Of a DNA stretch of 64,000 bases, positions 35,976-46,019 are shown piece by piece. The position numbers were made by a program, and so were the translations under genes. The notes beneath the pieces are model-generated. The model was not told the DNA's origin. It made no database searches and saw only the letters and a program-made list of their open reading frames with translations. Within the stretch, counting starts at the first letter, position 1. Every line of letters begins with the position of its first letter. This DNA is from Myxococcota bacterium. GTDB taxonomy: Bacteria > Myxococcota_A > UBA9160 > UBA4427. The DNA lies in the NCBI GenBank assembly GCA_041389445.1, contig JAWKRW010000005.1:242243-306242 (forward strand). Reading direction: 5' to 3'.

Positions 35976-36998
35976 ATGCGATCCCCGCGACCCACCTTCG
36001 TCCTGCTCCCCGCAGCGCTCGCCGCCGCGGCGATCGCGCGCCCGGTCCCGGCGCGAGCGAGCGATGGACAGATCGAGATCAATCAGACCTGCGCCACGCT
36101 GACCGGCTGCGTCCCGGGCGACACGCCCGGCTTCCCGATCCTGGTCACCCAGCCCGGCAGCCTTCGCCTGACGAGCGACCTCGTGGTGCCCGACGAGAAC
36201 ACCGCGGCCTTCCGCGTCGGCGCGGACGACGTCCGGATCGATCTCGCTGGGTTCACGGTCTCCGGTCCGACCGTCTGCTCGGGGCTCCCGCTCGGCTGCG
36301 CCCCGACCGGCAGCGGGGTCGGCGTCGACGTCGACCTCGGCGACCCGCCGGAGCGGCTGGTCGTCCGCGGCGGCAGCGTTCGCGGCTTCGGCAATCGCGG
36401 CATTCGAACGGGGGCCTCGGCGACCCTCGAAGACCTGCGCGTGATGCACAACGGCGTGACGGGGATCGACGCCGGCGCACGGAGCGTCGTCCGGCATTGC
36501 GAGGCTTCGCTCAATGGCTTCATGGGCATCGCCGGGCCGTCGGGCGCGGTGATCGAAGAGAGCATCGTGTCGAACAACGGCAACGTCGGGATCACGGTAT
36601 CCAACTCGATCGTCGAGCGGAGCGTCATCTCGAGCAACGGATCGGCCGGTCTGGTCCTCGTGTCCGGCGGCTCGGCGATCGGCAATCTCGTGTCGGGCAA
36701 TCGGGGCGATGGCATCGTCACGACGGTCGGAACCGCGAACCTCGACGGGAACACGACGATCGACAACCGGGTCTTCGGCGCTCCGAGCGACGAGGACGGG
36801 GTCCACTGCAACTCGCCCTGCAACGTGCGCAACCACGTCTCGTCCGGAAACGACGGCTACGGCCTGAATCTCTTCTCGGGCTCGGCCTACGGCCAGAGTC
36901 TGATGAGCGGCAATGCGCTGGGCGGCGTCGCCGGAGGGACGAACGCCGGCGGCAACGCCTGCTCGGGACCCGGCGTCGGCAGCGCGAGCTGTCCGTAG
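35976..36998 (+). CDS. Secreted right-handed parallel beta-helix repeat protein
   Basis: ATG 35976 is preceded by GAGGAGG. Signal peptide FVLLPAALAAAAIARPVPARA. Repeated PbH1-like units are present (..GIRTGASATLEDLRV..NGVTGIDAG.. ..NGNVGITVSNSIVE..NGSAGLVL..). Confidence 0.8.
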   Translation: MRSPRPTFVLLPAALAAAAIARPVPARASDGQIEINQTCATLTGCVPGDTPGFPILVTQPGSLRLTSDLVVPDENTAAFRVGADDVRIDLAGFTVSGPTVCSGLPLGCAPTGSGVGVDVDLGDPPERLVVRGGSVRGFGNRGIRTGASATLEDLRVMHNGVTGIDAGARSVVRHCEASLNGFMGIAGPSGAVIEESIVSNNGNVGITVSNSIVERSVISSNGSAGLVLVSGGSAIGNLVSGNRGDGIVTTVGTANLDGNTTIDNRVFGAPSDEDGVHCNSPCNVRNHVSSGNDGYGLNLFSGSAYGQSLMSGNALGGVAGGTNAGGNACSGPGVGSASCP

Positions 36999-37866
36999 CG
37001 CCGCAGGTCAGAAGCGCGCGTCGCGCGCGGTGGATCGCCAGCAGCTTCTTGGCGCCGTTCTCGACGTCGAGGTTCGACTCGCGCGGGACGAAGCCGCGCT
37101 CGGCCAGCAGCGTCCCGACGCGGGCCATGATGAAGGCCATGCGCCAGGCGCCGAAGACGGCATGGTCGTCGAGGTCGCGGGTGGAGAGGTCGCTCGCGAC
37201 CGCCCGCTGCGCGACGGTCTCCTCGCGCGACCGGAAGCCGGGCAGGCGCGGCAGGCCGGTTCCGACCCGGAAGGAGTCGTCGAGCATCAGCCACCAGGCG
37301 AGGTCGTCGACCGGATTGCCGAGCCCGATCTCCTCCCGGTCGAGCGCCGCGACGACGCGCTCGTCGCGGAAGACGCAGTGGCCGAGCGTCTCGATGCCGG
37401 AGAGCCAATGGCGCCGCTGCGCCGCGGATTCGAGTGCATGGAGCCAGCCGCCGACGCAGTCGGGCGGATCGTCGCTCGGGACGCGACCCGCGACGCGCTC
37501 CATCAGGAAGCCCGCGCCGCGCTCCATCAGGAAGAAAGGGCCGCCCAGCCGATCCGGATCGGGCTCGAATCCGAGCAGCTTCGGGACGGGCACCGCGCTG
37601 CCCTCGAGCCGCTCCCTGACGCGGTCCTGCCGCGCGATGTCCGTCCCTGGAAAGATCGCGAGCCCGCGCGGCTGAAGGCGCAACGCCACCTCGAGCCGAG
37701 CCGTCCGCCCTGCGACCCGTCACTCGACCTCGGAGAGCAGCGTGACGTTCGATGCCTCGCCCGGCGAGCGCGCGAGCGGGCCCACGCGCACGGGCGTGCG
37801 CTCGGGGTACCGCTCGGCCAGCCAGGCGGCGAGGGCGGACGCGGCTTGATCGGGATCCTCGATCAT
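36718..37866 (-). pseudogene. Phosphotransferase (APH/choline-kinase-like) family gene with an in-frame TGA and an internal 24-bp tandem duplication
   Basis: ATG 37866 gives MIEDPDQAASALAAWLAERYPERTPVRVGPLARSPGEASNVTLLSEVE. An in-frame TGA follows (complement of 37720-37722). The same frame then continues RVAGRTARLEVALRLQPRG...GGPFFLMERGAGFLMERVAG... The last ~280 nt of the open frame, antisense to the beta-helix gene, are Arg-rich and probably not genuine coding sequence. Confidence 0.65.
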
Positions 37867-37894
37867 CCCGAGATGCCGAGCGTCGAATCCCGAA

Positions 37895-38362
37895 TCAGTA
37901 CGGCTCGCAGGCGAAGACGGGGATGTTGCGGTCGGTGCGGGCCTGATAGTCCTCGTACTCGCGGTAGTGTTGGACGCAGACCGGCCAGAGCCGCGCCTTC
38001 TCCGCGTCGTCGACCTGGCGCGCGCGCAGCTTCACCTTCTTCGAGCCGAGCTGGACGACCACGTCCGGGTTCTTCTGCAGGTTCTTGACCCAGACGGGCG
38101 ACTTCGGCGCGCCGCCCTGAGAGCCCACGACGATGACGCCGTCCTCGAGCTGCTCGCCGAGCGGAACCCACATCAGCGGGATCGTGCGGTCCTGGCCCGT
38201 CTTCGCGCCCTTCATCGTGACGAGCATGACGGGGCGGCCCATGAACTTTCCGAGGATGCGTCCGCCCGAGACCTTGTAGAGGAAGACGTTGAGGGCCGAG
38301 TAGGGCCTGATGAACTGGCGGAGCCGTTTGAACTCGACGTCGGTCATCGGATTCTGGGCCAT
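37895..38362 (-). CDS. Deazaflavin (F420H2)-dependent nitroreductase family (DDN/PF04075-like)
   Basis: ATG 38362 is preceded by AGGAGA. ..MLVTMKGAKTGQDRTIPLMWV..VVGSQGGAPKSPVWVKNL..ARLWP..Y..Y matches the family pattern. Confidence 0.9.
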   Translation of the reverse strand: MAQNPMTDVEFKRLRQFIRPYSALNVFLYKVSGGRILGKFMGRPVMLVTMKGAKTGQDRTIPLMWVPLGEQLEDGVIVVGSQGGAPKSPVWVKNLQKNPDVVVQLGSKKVKLRARQVDDAEKARLWPVCVQHYREYEDYQARTDRNIPVFACEPY

Positions 38363-38551
38363 GCGATCTCCTCTTCTCGCGCGCGAATCGCGCGCCTCGG
38401 TCGCGCCTCCATCGTGCGTCTCTCGCGTTCGCTTCCGCGTTCGTCTCCGCGCATGTCTTCGCCCTGCGTCACGCCTTGGCGGAGGACCGTCGTTCGCGGC
38501 GGATCGGGCGAGTCTAGCCGCAGCCCGGCGCATCCCGGTAGGCTCCAGGCC

Positions 38552-39643
<1,092 letters not shown>

Positions 39644-39731
39644 AAGGCTGAGGTCGATGGCGGGCTACGGCCGGGGTCGAGCCGAGCCGCTTCTCGCGGC
39701 CACCGGATGGTCTCCACCCCGGACAGGCTCG

Positions 39732-40472
39732 TCACTCGGCCGGAACGAGAGGGACCGACGGCTTGCGACCTAGGACCCCGGTCGCGCACCCGAAGAAGTA
39801 GGTCCGATACTGAACCTCGAGCCCCGCTTCGGCGAGGCATCGCGCGAAGTGTCGGCAGTCTCCGAACGCTCGAGTGTATCGACCCAGCATCCGGTAGTTG
39901 GCCGGGTTTCCGAGCATCAGCCAGCCGATGAACGGGATGACCCGATCCAGGTAGAAGAGATAGACGACGCGCAGGAACGCGATCCTCGGGACCGAGATCT
40001 CGACGAAGGAGTACGTACCGCCGTCCCGCAAGGCTTCGGCCACGCGGCGAGCGAGCGCGAGCTGTTGAACCGCGTCGAATGTCTTCAATCCGAACGAGCA
40101 GACGACGGCATCGGCCGGTGCGTTGGATGGATTCCAATCGAATACGTCGCCGATCCGGACCTCGACGCTTCCCCGGAACTTCGAGTCGCTTCGGCGTGCC
40201 ATTTCCGGAGAGAGCTCGATGCCCGAGACGTGGAGTGAATCGCCGAACCGGTCGAAGATCGATCGCCACAGCTCGCCCATGCCCGACATCAGATCGACGA
40301 ACCGCTCGGCCGGATCGGGTCGAGGGAGGCTGGCGATGCATTGTCGACGCCACCGCAATGCGAATCCGAAGGAGCAGACGAGATTGACGAGTCCGTAGGT
40401 CTCGGCCATTTCGTCGAAGAGCGTGCGGACGAAGGCGGGGTCGTGGGGCGGATTCGCAGTCGAGCGAAGCAC
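39732..40472 (-). CDS. Class I SAM-dependent methyltransferase (UbiE/MenG-like)
   Basis: VRTLFDEMAETYGLVNLVCSFG.. resembles the UbiE N-terminal motif. Motif I-like VDLMSGMGE. ..LRDGGTYSFVE... The gene looks lower in GC by eye. Confidence 0.85.
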   Translation of the reverse strand: MLRSTANPPHDPAFVRTLFDEMAETYGLVNLVCSFGFALRWRRQCIASLPRPDPAERFVDLMSGMGELWRSIFDRFGDSLHVSGIELSPEMARRSDSKFRGSVEVRIGDVFDWNPSNAPADAVVCSFGLKTFDAVQQLALARRVAEALRDGGTYSFVEISVPRIAFLRVVYLFYLDRVIPFIGWLMLGNPANYRMLGRYTRAFGDCRHFARCLAEAGLEVQYRTYFFGCATGVLGRKPSVPLVPAE

Positions 40473-40494
40473 GGTGGACGCGCGCTCCTCCCGA

Positions 40495-41454
40495 TCAGCT
40501 TCGGGCCGCGAGGCGGCGAGCGAGGATCGCGACGATCTCCTCCGCGTTCCGCTTCGAAGGTTCCGCCTCGGTCACGAAAGCCGAGCCGTGGAACGTCCCC
40601 GCGTAGCTGTGGAGCTCTACGGAGACGCCGGCCTCGAGCATCGACGCCGCATAGCGGATGCCTTCGTCGCGGAGCGGATCGAACTCCATCGTCGAGACGT
40701 AGGCGGGCGGGAGGCCTCTGAGCTGCGCGACCGTCGCGCGAGCGGGAGCGGCGTAGATCGAGGGCGTGCCCTGGTGGTTTGGGCCGAGGTAGTGCTTCCA
40801 GCTCCAGACGGCGTTCGGGCGGTTCCAGAACGGCGTGTCCTGAAAGGCCAGCATCGAGGGGGTGTCGAGGCGGTCGTCGAGCTCGGGGATCTCGAGCAGC
40901 TGGTAGACAATCGCGGGGCCGCCCTTGTCGCGCGCCATCAGGGCGAGGCCCGCCGCGAGGCCGCCGCCCGCGCTCTGGCCGGCGATGGCGAGGCGGGCGG
41001 GATCGATGCCGAGCTCGCCGGCGTGGTCCGCGGTCCAGCGCAGGCCTGCGTAGCAGTCGTCGACCCCGGCCGGGAACGGATGCTCGGGGGCGAGGCGATA
41101 GTCGACGCTGACGACGACGGCATCGAGGGCGGCGCAGATCGACTCACACCAGGGATCCATCATGTCGAGCGTGCCGAACATGAAGCCGCCGCCGTGGATC
41201 TCGTAGACGCAGGGGCGGAGCGAATTCGCGGGGGCGGACGGCGTGTAGATGCGGATCGGGACGGCGGGCTGGCTGCCCGACGCCGGGACGACGCGGTCCC
41301 GTCGGGCGACGTCGGAGCGATGCGGAGGGAGCTGCTGCGTGTCGACGCGGATCGCGCGCATCGCCTGGATCTTCTCGGCCGTCGAGTAGTCGCCGACGGT
41401 CGGAATCTGGCCGAGCGCGGGCAGGAAGTCGGGGTCGTAGGCGTATTGCGTCAT
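40495..41454 (-). CDS. Alpha/beta hydrolase, hormone-sensitive-lipase-type esterase
   Basis: HGGGF oxyanion motif (YEIHGGGFMFG) and nucleophile GQSAGG. Confidence 0.9.
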   Translation of the reverse strand: MTQYAYDPDFLPALGQIPTVGDYSTAEKIQAMRAIRVDTQQLPPHRSDVARRDRVVPASGSQPAVPIRIYTPSAPANSLRPCVYEIHGGGFMFGTLDMMDPWCESICAALDAVVVSVDYRLAPEHPFPAGVDDCYAGLRWTADHAGELGIDPARLAIAGQSAGGGLAAGLALMARDKGGPAIVYQLLEIPELDDRLDTPSMLAFQDTPFWNRPNAVWSWKHYLGPNHQGTPSIYAAPARATVAQLRGLPPAYVSTMEFDPLRDEGIRYAASMLEAGVSVELHSYAGTFHGSAFVTEAEPSKRNAEEIVAILARRLAARS

Positions 41455-41536
41455 GCGCGCGACGATAGCCGGAGGGCCTGCAGCCGCAATCGGGGTCGGC
41501 GGGGCGGCCGCTCGGGACGGGCTCGTGCGCGACGTG

Positions 41537-42742
41537 CTAGTCCCCGAGCGAGCGGTAGAAGGCGTCGATCACGGCGTAGCCCGTCTGTCCGCCCGTCAGC
41601 GCCGCGCCCATCTTGTTCATCACGAAGCCGAATCCGATGCGGCGGTCGGGATCGGCCATGCCGAGGGACCCGCCGGCGCCGGGGTGGCCGAAGGCGCGGG
41701 GCGAGGGCGAGAAGGGCATCGACTCGCTGCGCAGCATGAACCCGACGCCGTAGCGGATCGGCATGCCCGCGAGCGTCGCGTCGGGGCCGGCCGCCTGCTC
41801 CTCGGTCGCGCTCGCGATCGTATCCGGTTCGAGCAGGCGGACGCCGTCGATCGCGCCGCCACGGGCGAGGGCGCCGTAGATGCGGGCGAGGGCGCGCGCC
41901 GTGCCGTGGCCGTTCGCGGCGGGAATCTCGGCGCCGCGCCAGGCGCGCTGATTGACGCCGCCGCGCGGGATCGGCGGATTGTTGAACGCGGCGCCGACCA
42001 TCGTCGTCGGATCCGTCATGTCCTGCATGAACCGGGCGAAGGGACCCTTCAGGCGCGGCTTCGGCGTCGAAGCCTCCGGCTCGCCTTCCGCCCTCGCGGG
42101 CGCGAGTCCGCCAATCATGTCGGCGACGCGGGCGTCGTCGCGCGCGTCGAGGCCGATGTGAAAGTCGGCCTCGAGCGGCCGGGCGATCTCCTCGCGGAAC
42201 ATCCGGCCGACCGTGCGACCGTCGATGCGTCGGATGACCTCGCCGACGAGATGGCCGAAGGTGACCGGCGAATAACCGTGCTGCGTGCCCGGCGTCCACC
42301 AGGGCGCGGTCTCCGCCAGCGCGGCGACCATCGCGTCCCAGTCGTAGAGGCTCTCGGCGGGCATGGGCTTGCGGATCGCGGGCAGGCCCGCGCGATGGCT
42401 GAGGAGCCAGCGAACGGGGATGTCCTGCTTGCCCGCCTGCGCGAACTCGGGCCAGTAGCGCGCGACCGGCGCGTCGAGATCGAGGCGGCCCTGCTCGACG
42501 AGGCGGTGGGCGCAGATCGTCGTCATGCCCTTCGTCGTCGAGTAGGTATTGACGATCGTGTCGCGCTCCCAGGGCCGGGTACGCTGGCGGTCGGCGTGGC
42601 CGCCCCAGAGGTCGACGACGAGCTCGCCGTCGAGGGTGAACGCGATGGCGGCGCCGACCTCCTGCTTCGACGCGATGCGCTCGGCGAAGATCCGGCGCAC
42701 GGTTTCGAAGCGCGGATCGCAGGTGCCGTGGACGGTGGTCAT
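41537..42742 (-). CDS. Serine hydrolase (class C beta-lactamase / EstB-type esterase family)
   Basis: SxxK motif (YSTTKGMT) in an N-terminal context typical of the beta-lactamase fold. 401 aa. Confidence 0.9.
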   Translation of the reverse strand: MTTVHGTCDPRFETVRRIFAERIASKQEVGAAIAFTLDGELVVDLWGGHADRQRTRPWERDTIVNTYSTTKGMTTICAHRLVEQGRLDLDAPVARYWPEFAQAGKQDIPVRWLLSHRAGLPAIRKPMPAESLYDWDAMVAALAETAPWWTPGTQHGYSPVTFGHLVGEVIRRIDGRTVGRMFREEIARPLEADFHIGLDARDDARVADMIGGLAPARAEGEPEASTPKPRLKGPFARFMQDMTDPTTMVGAAFNNPPIPRGGVNQRAWRGAEIPAANGHGTARALARIYGALARGGAIDGVRLLEPDTIASATEEQAAGPDATLAGMPIRYGVGFMLRSESMPFSPSPRAFGHPGAGGSLGMADPDRRIGFGFVMNKMGAALTGGQTGYAVIDAFYRSLGD

Positions 42743-42846
42743 GGCGGGGCTCCTCGAGGCGACGGCCGATCAGGATGACATGCCCGGCCGATCGGGACTA
42801 GACTGGCGCGCGTTCGCCGCCCCGAAGACCGATCGCGCGACACGCA

Positions 42847-42913
42847 GGCCGATCGCAAGGCCCGATCGCAAGCCCCGATCGCAAGCCCCGATCGCAAGAA
42901 AGCCGCTCGCAAG
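42847..42913. repeat. Tandem ~13-bp repeat (CCCGATCGCAAG-type) x4-5
   Basis: GCCGATCGCAAG, GCCCGATCGCAAG, CCCCGATCGCAAG and CCCCGATCGCAAG, followed by AAAGCCGCTCGCAAG. The array sits immediately 5-prime of AAAGGAAGCGCC-ATG at 42926. Each unit contains the CGATCG palindrome. Confidence 0.85.
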
Positions 42914-42925
42914 AAAGGAAGCGCC

Positions 42926-43774
42926 ATGCCCGCCCGCGAAGAGAAGCTCGTCCTCTGCAACGCCACGCTTTACGGCGGCGCCCTCGACCTGACCCCGGAC
43001 CAGCTGAAGGCGACCCTCGACGCGACGGTCGAGGCGAAGTTCGGCGGCATCTCGCTCTGGGCGTTCCATCAGGCGTCGGTCGCCGCGGCCGGCGTCGCGC
43101 CGGAGACGGTGAAGAGCTGGCTCCAGGAGCGCAGGCTGACCGTTCCGATCGTCGAGTCGCTGATCGGCTGGGAGTCGGGTGACCGCGCGACGATCGAGGC
43201 ACAATGCGTGCCGACGCTCGACTGTGCGGTCCTGCAGGGGGCGAAGGACGTGGCGGGCGTCGTCATGGCGCCGGAATACGATCGCGCTGCGGCCCTTCGC
43301 GGACTCTCGCTGCTCGGGAAGCTCGCGGCGGACCGCGGGCTGCGGATCTGCATCGAGTGGCTGCCCTGGTCGGCGCTCAAGACGATCAAGGGCGCCTGGG
43401 AGCTGGTCCAGGACGCAGGCGGCGAGAACATCGGTCTCGTCATCGATACGTGGCACTGGCTGCGCCAGCCCGGCGGCGCCGACCTCGCGACGCTGCGAGG
43501 GATCCCGGGCAGCCGCATCCACTGCGTCCAGCTCAACGACACGACGCGCAAGGGGACGGGCGACGACATGATGATGGAGTCGATGACGAGTCGACTCCTG
43601 CCCGGCGACGGCGAGGTCGAGTGGAAGCCGCTGCTCGACGCGCTCGATGCGATCGGCGCGGATCCCGTCTGGGCGCCCGAGGTCTTCAACGTCGGATTGA
43701 TGGAGCAGGGGCCGGCCCCGATGGCGAAGAAGATCGGTCAGGCGACTCGCAAGGTGCTCGGCCTCCCGAGTTAG
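42926..43774 (+). CDS. Sugar phosphate isomerase/epimerase (xylose-isomerase-like TIM barrel)
   Basis: 282 aa. ..LRICIEWLPWS.. and ..GLVIDTWHW.. resemble AP_endonuc_2 family patterns. Confidence 0.8.
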   Translation: MPAREEKLVLCNATLYGGALDLTPDQLKATLDATVEAKFGGISLWAFHQASVAAAGVAPETVKSWLQERRLTVPIVESLIGWESGDRATIEAQCVPTLDCAVLQGAKDVAGVVMAPEYDRAAALRGLSLLGKLAADRGLRICIEWLPWSALKTIKGAWELVQDAGGENIGLVIDTWHWLRQPGGADLATLRGIPGSRIHCVQLNDTTRKGTGDDMMMESMTSRLLPGDGEVEWKPLLDALDAIGADPVWAPEVFNVGLMEQGPAPMAKKIGQATRKVLGLPS

Positions 43775-44025
43775 TCGGCGCGCTCGGCGGAAGCCTCCTC
43801 CCTTCGTTTCGTCCCGTTCTCCCGCGAGCGTCCCCGGGACGTGACGCGCTCCACTGCACCTTCCCATCGGCGCCTTCGTCGGGTCACGCATCACCGATTC
43901 GCACAAGGATCTTTTTCCCAGATCGTGATTCGCGCTACGCGCGTGCCTCCCTCCGCCACCGAAGTTTCCGGCGTCTGCACCCCATCGTGGGGCCGTCGGT
44001 CGTCGGCGGTCCGGAGGTTTCGATC

Positions 44026-45912
44026 ATGCGCATGCGATTCAAGTTGCGGGGATCGGGCGGTTGGCTCTTCGCGCTCGCTCTCCTTGGCGCGGCCGGGGCG
44101 TCGGCCTTTCCGAACTACGGAACCTCGGTCGATTCGACCTGTACCGCCAATGGCTGGGTACCGGCGCGACCGTACGCGAGCAGCGGCAGCGATTGCGGCC
44201 TGTGTCATACGAGCGCCTCGAATCCCGGCTCGAGCCTGACCCCGGCGGGCGATCAGTACCGCCGCTCCGGTCATGCGGACGTGACGCCCTTCTGCTCGGC
44301 CCCCGCCGCCAATCGCGCGCCGTCCTTCGCGCCGATTGCCGCGCAGACCGCGACCGTCGGCTCGCCCTTCGCGCTGACGGTCACGGCGACGGATCCCGAC
44401 GGCGACGCGCTGCTCCTCAGCGCGGGCAACGCGCCGAGCGGATCGAGCTTCGTCGACGACGGCAACGGGACGGGCCGCTTCAGCTGGACGCCGACCGCTG
44501 CCCAGCTCGGCGCCCATGCCGTCACGTTCCACGTCACGGATACCGGCACGCCGATGGCCGTCGCGTCCCTCGAGGTCTCGATCGCGGTCGGTCAGGCCGT
44601 GAATCGGCCGCCGGTCCTCGATCCGATCGGGAACCAGCAGCTCGACCCCGGACAGACGCTCGACTTCACGCTGTCGGCGACCGACCCCGAAGGTCAGTCG
44701 CTCGCGTTTTCGGCGACCGGACTTCCGGCGGGTGCCGCGCTGCTCGGGGCGGACTTCGCCTGGACGCCCGACGCGACCCAGATCGGACAGCACACGATCG
44801 TCTTCACCGTCACGGACACGGGCTCGCCCGCCGCTTCCGACAGCGAGACGGTCGTCTTCACCGTCGGCCGCATCAATCGCCCGCCCGTCCTCTCGGCGAT
44901 CGGCAATCGCCAGGTCCAGGTCGGCAGCGAGCTGCGCGTCGGTCTGACCGCGACGGACCCCGACGCGGATCCGATCGCACTCGACTGCACGGACCTGCCG
45001 GTCGACGCGGTCTTCACCGACTTCGACGACGGGACCGCCGAGATCGTCTGGATGCCGTCCGCCGCCGCCCGCTCCAGCGTGACGTGCACCGCGACCGATA
45101 CCGGTGCGCCGCCCGAGCAGGATGCCGAGACGTTCACGCTCTCGGCCGTCGACGCCACGAACGCCGCGCTCCCGACCCTCGAGACCGCCTCGTGGCGGAT
45201 CGCGCGCGGCGGCGGACGACTCGCGGTGCGGGGCACGCTGCCGACGACCGAGGCCGGTCCGCGCGGCGGTCGCCCGACGCTCGACGTGTTCGCGGTGCTC
45301 GGCGATGGCATGCCGGTCCTGCTGGGCAGCCGGGCGGGACAGCGGAACGGATCCTTCCGGTTCGAGCTCGATCCCTTCATCGCTCCTTGCGCCGTCGCGG
45401 TCGCGAGCGGCGGCGTCATGAGCGAGGTCGTCGACGTGATCGGCGCGCCGAGCGATTGCGACACCGACCTGCGCACCTTCGCCCGCGCGCGGAACGCCTG
45501 CGACGGATCGACGCTCGTGGTGGCGGGCGCGCGCGGACCGATCGGTGGCCGGGTCGTCGTCAGCGACGCGATCGATGGCGCGATGCTCGGCGTGTTCGAC
45601 GTCAGCGACCGCAACGGTCGCTTCGGCGGCCGGCTGAACGACGTGGGCGTGCCGGCCGAGGTCGGACTCCGGGCAGAGGTCGGCGGTCTCAGCTGGTCGC
45701 TCGCGACGCCGCTTCCAGTCTCCCGCGATCGACGCTGCAGCCGCGTCGACGAGGACGACGACGACCGCGCCGCCGCCACCGGTGACGACGAGGACGACGA
45801 CGAGTCGGACGACGACGCGAGCGAGGGCCTCGACCGCGCGCGCGTCGAGGCGCGCACGACCGGAGGATCGACGGAGGCCCGTTCGCGCCCGCGTCGAAGG
45901 GAGCGGGACTGA
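44026..45912 (+). CDS. Secreted protein with CXXCH motif, three cadherin-like/He_PIG Ig repeats and a poly-acidic C-terminal tail
   Basis: ATG 44026 is preceded by GGAGG. Signal peptide WLFALALLGAAGASA. CGLCH motif. There are three ~95-aa repeats (NRAPSFAPIAAQTATVGSPFALTVTATDPDGD.. / NRPPVLDPIGNQQLDPGQTLDFTLSATDPEGQ.. / NRPPVLSAIGNRQVQVGSELRVGLTATDPDAD..). Tail VDEDDDDRAAATGDDEDDDESDDDASE. Confidence 0.8.
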   Translation: MRMRFKLRGSGGWLFALALLGAAGASAFPNYGTSVDSTCTANGWVPARPYASSGSDCGLCHTSASNPGSSLTPAGDQYRRSGHADVTPFCSAPAANRAPSFAPIAAQTATVGSPFALTVTATDPDGDALLLSAGNAPSGSSFVDDGNGTGRFSWTPTAAQLGAHAVTFHVTDTGTPMAVASLEVSIAVGQAVNRPPVLDPIGNQQLDPGQTLDFTLSATDPEGQSLAFSATGLPAGAALLGADFAWTPDATQIGQHTIVFTVTDTGSPAASDSETVVFTVGRINRPPVLSAIGNRQVQVGSELRVGLTATDPDADPIALDCTDLPVDAVFTDFDDGTAEIVWMPSAAARSSVTCTATDTGAPPEQDAETFTLSAVDATNAALPTLETASWRIARGGGRLAVRGTLPTTEAGPRGGRPTLDVFAVLGDGMPVLLGSRAGQRNGSFRFELDPFIAPCAVAVASGGVMSEVVDVIGAPSDCDTDLRTFARARNACDGSTLVVAGARGPIGGRVVVSDAIDGAMLGVFDVSDRNGRFGGRLNDVGVPAEVGLRAEVGGLSWSLATPLPVSRDRRCSRVDEDDDDRAAATGDDEDDDESDDDASEGLDRARVEARTTGGSTEARSRPRRRERD

Positions 45913-46019
45913 CGGGTCGGGACCGCGGCCGTGATCGGACCCGGGCCGTGGGGCTCGGGTCGCACGACCGGAAAGGACGGGGTCGTCCTCGCGGACGGCC
46001 CCGTCCTTCGTCCCGATCG

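Noticed and set aside
37720-37722. The in-frame TGA in the phosphotransferase gene as a selenocysteine codon.
   Set aside because: The position is not a redox-active site in this kinase-like fold. The same gene also carries a duplication and a probable lost stop. I cannot identify a convincing bSECIS hairpin by eye in GC-rich sequence, so pseudogenisation or a sequencing error is more parsimonious.
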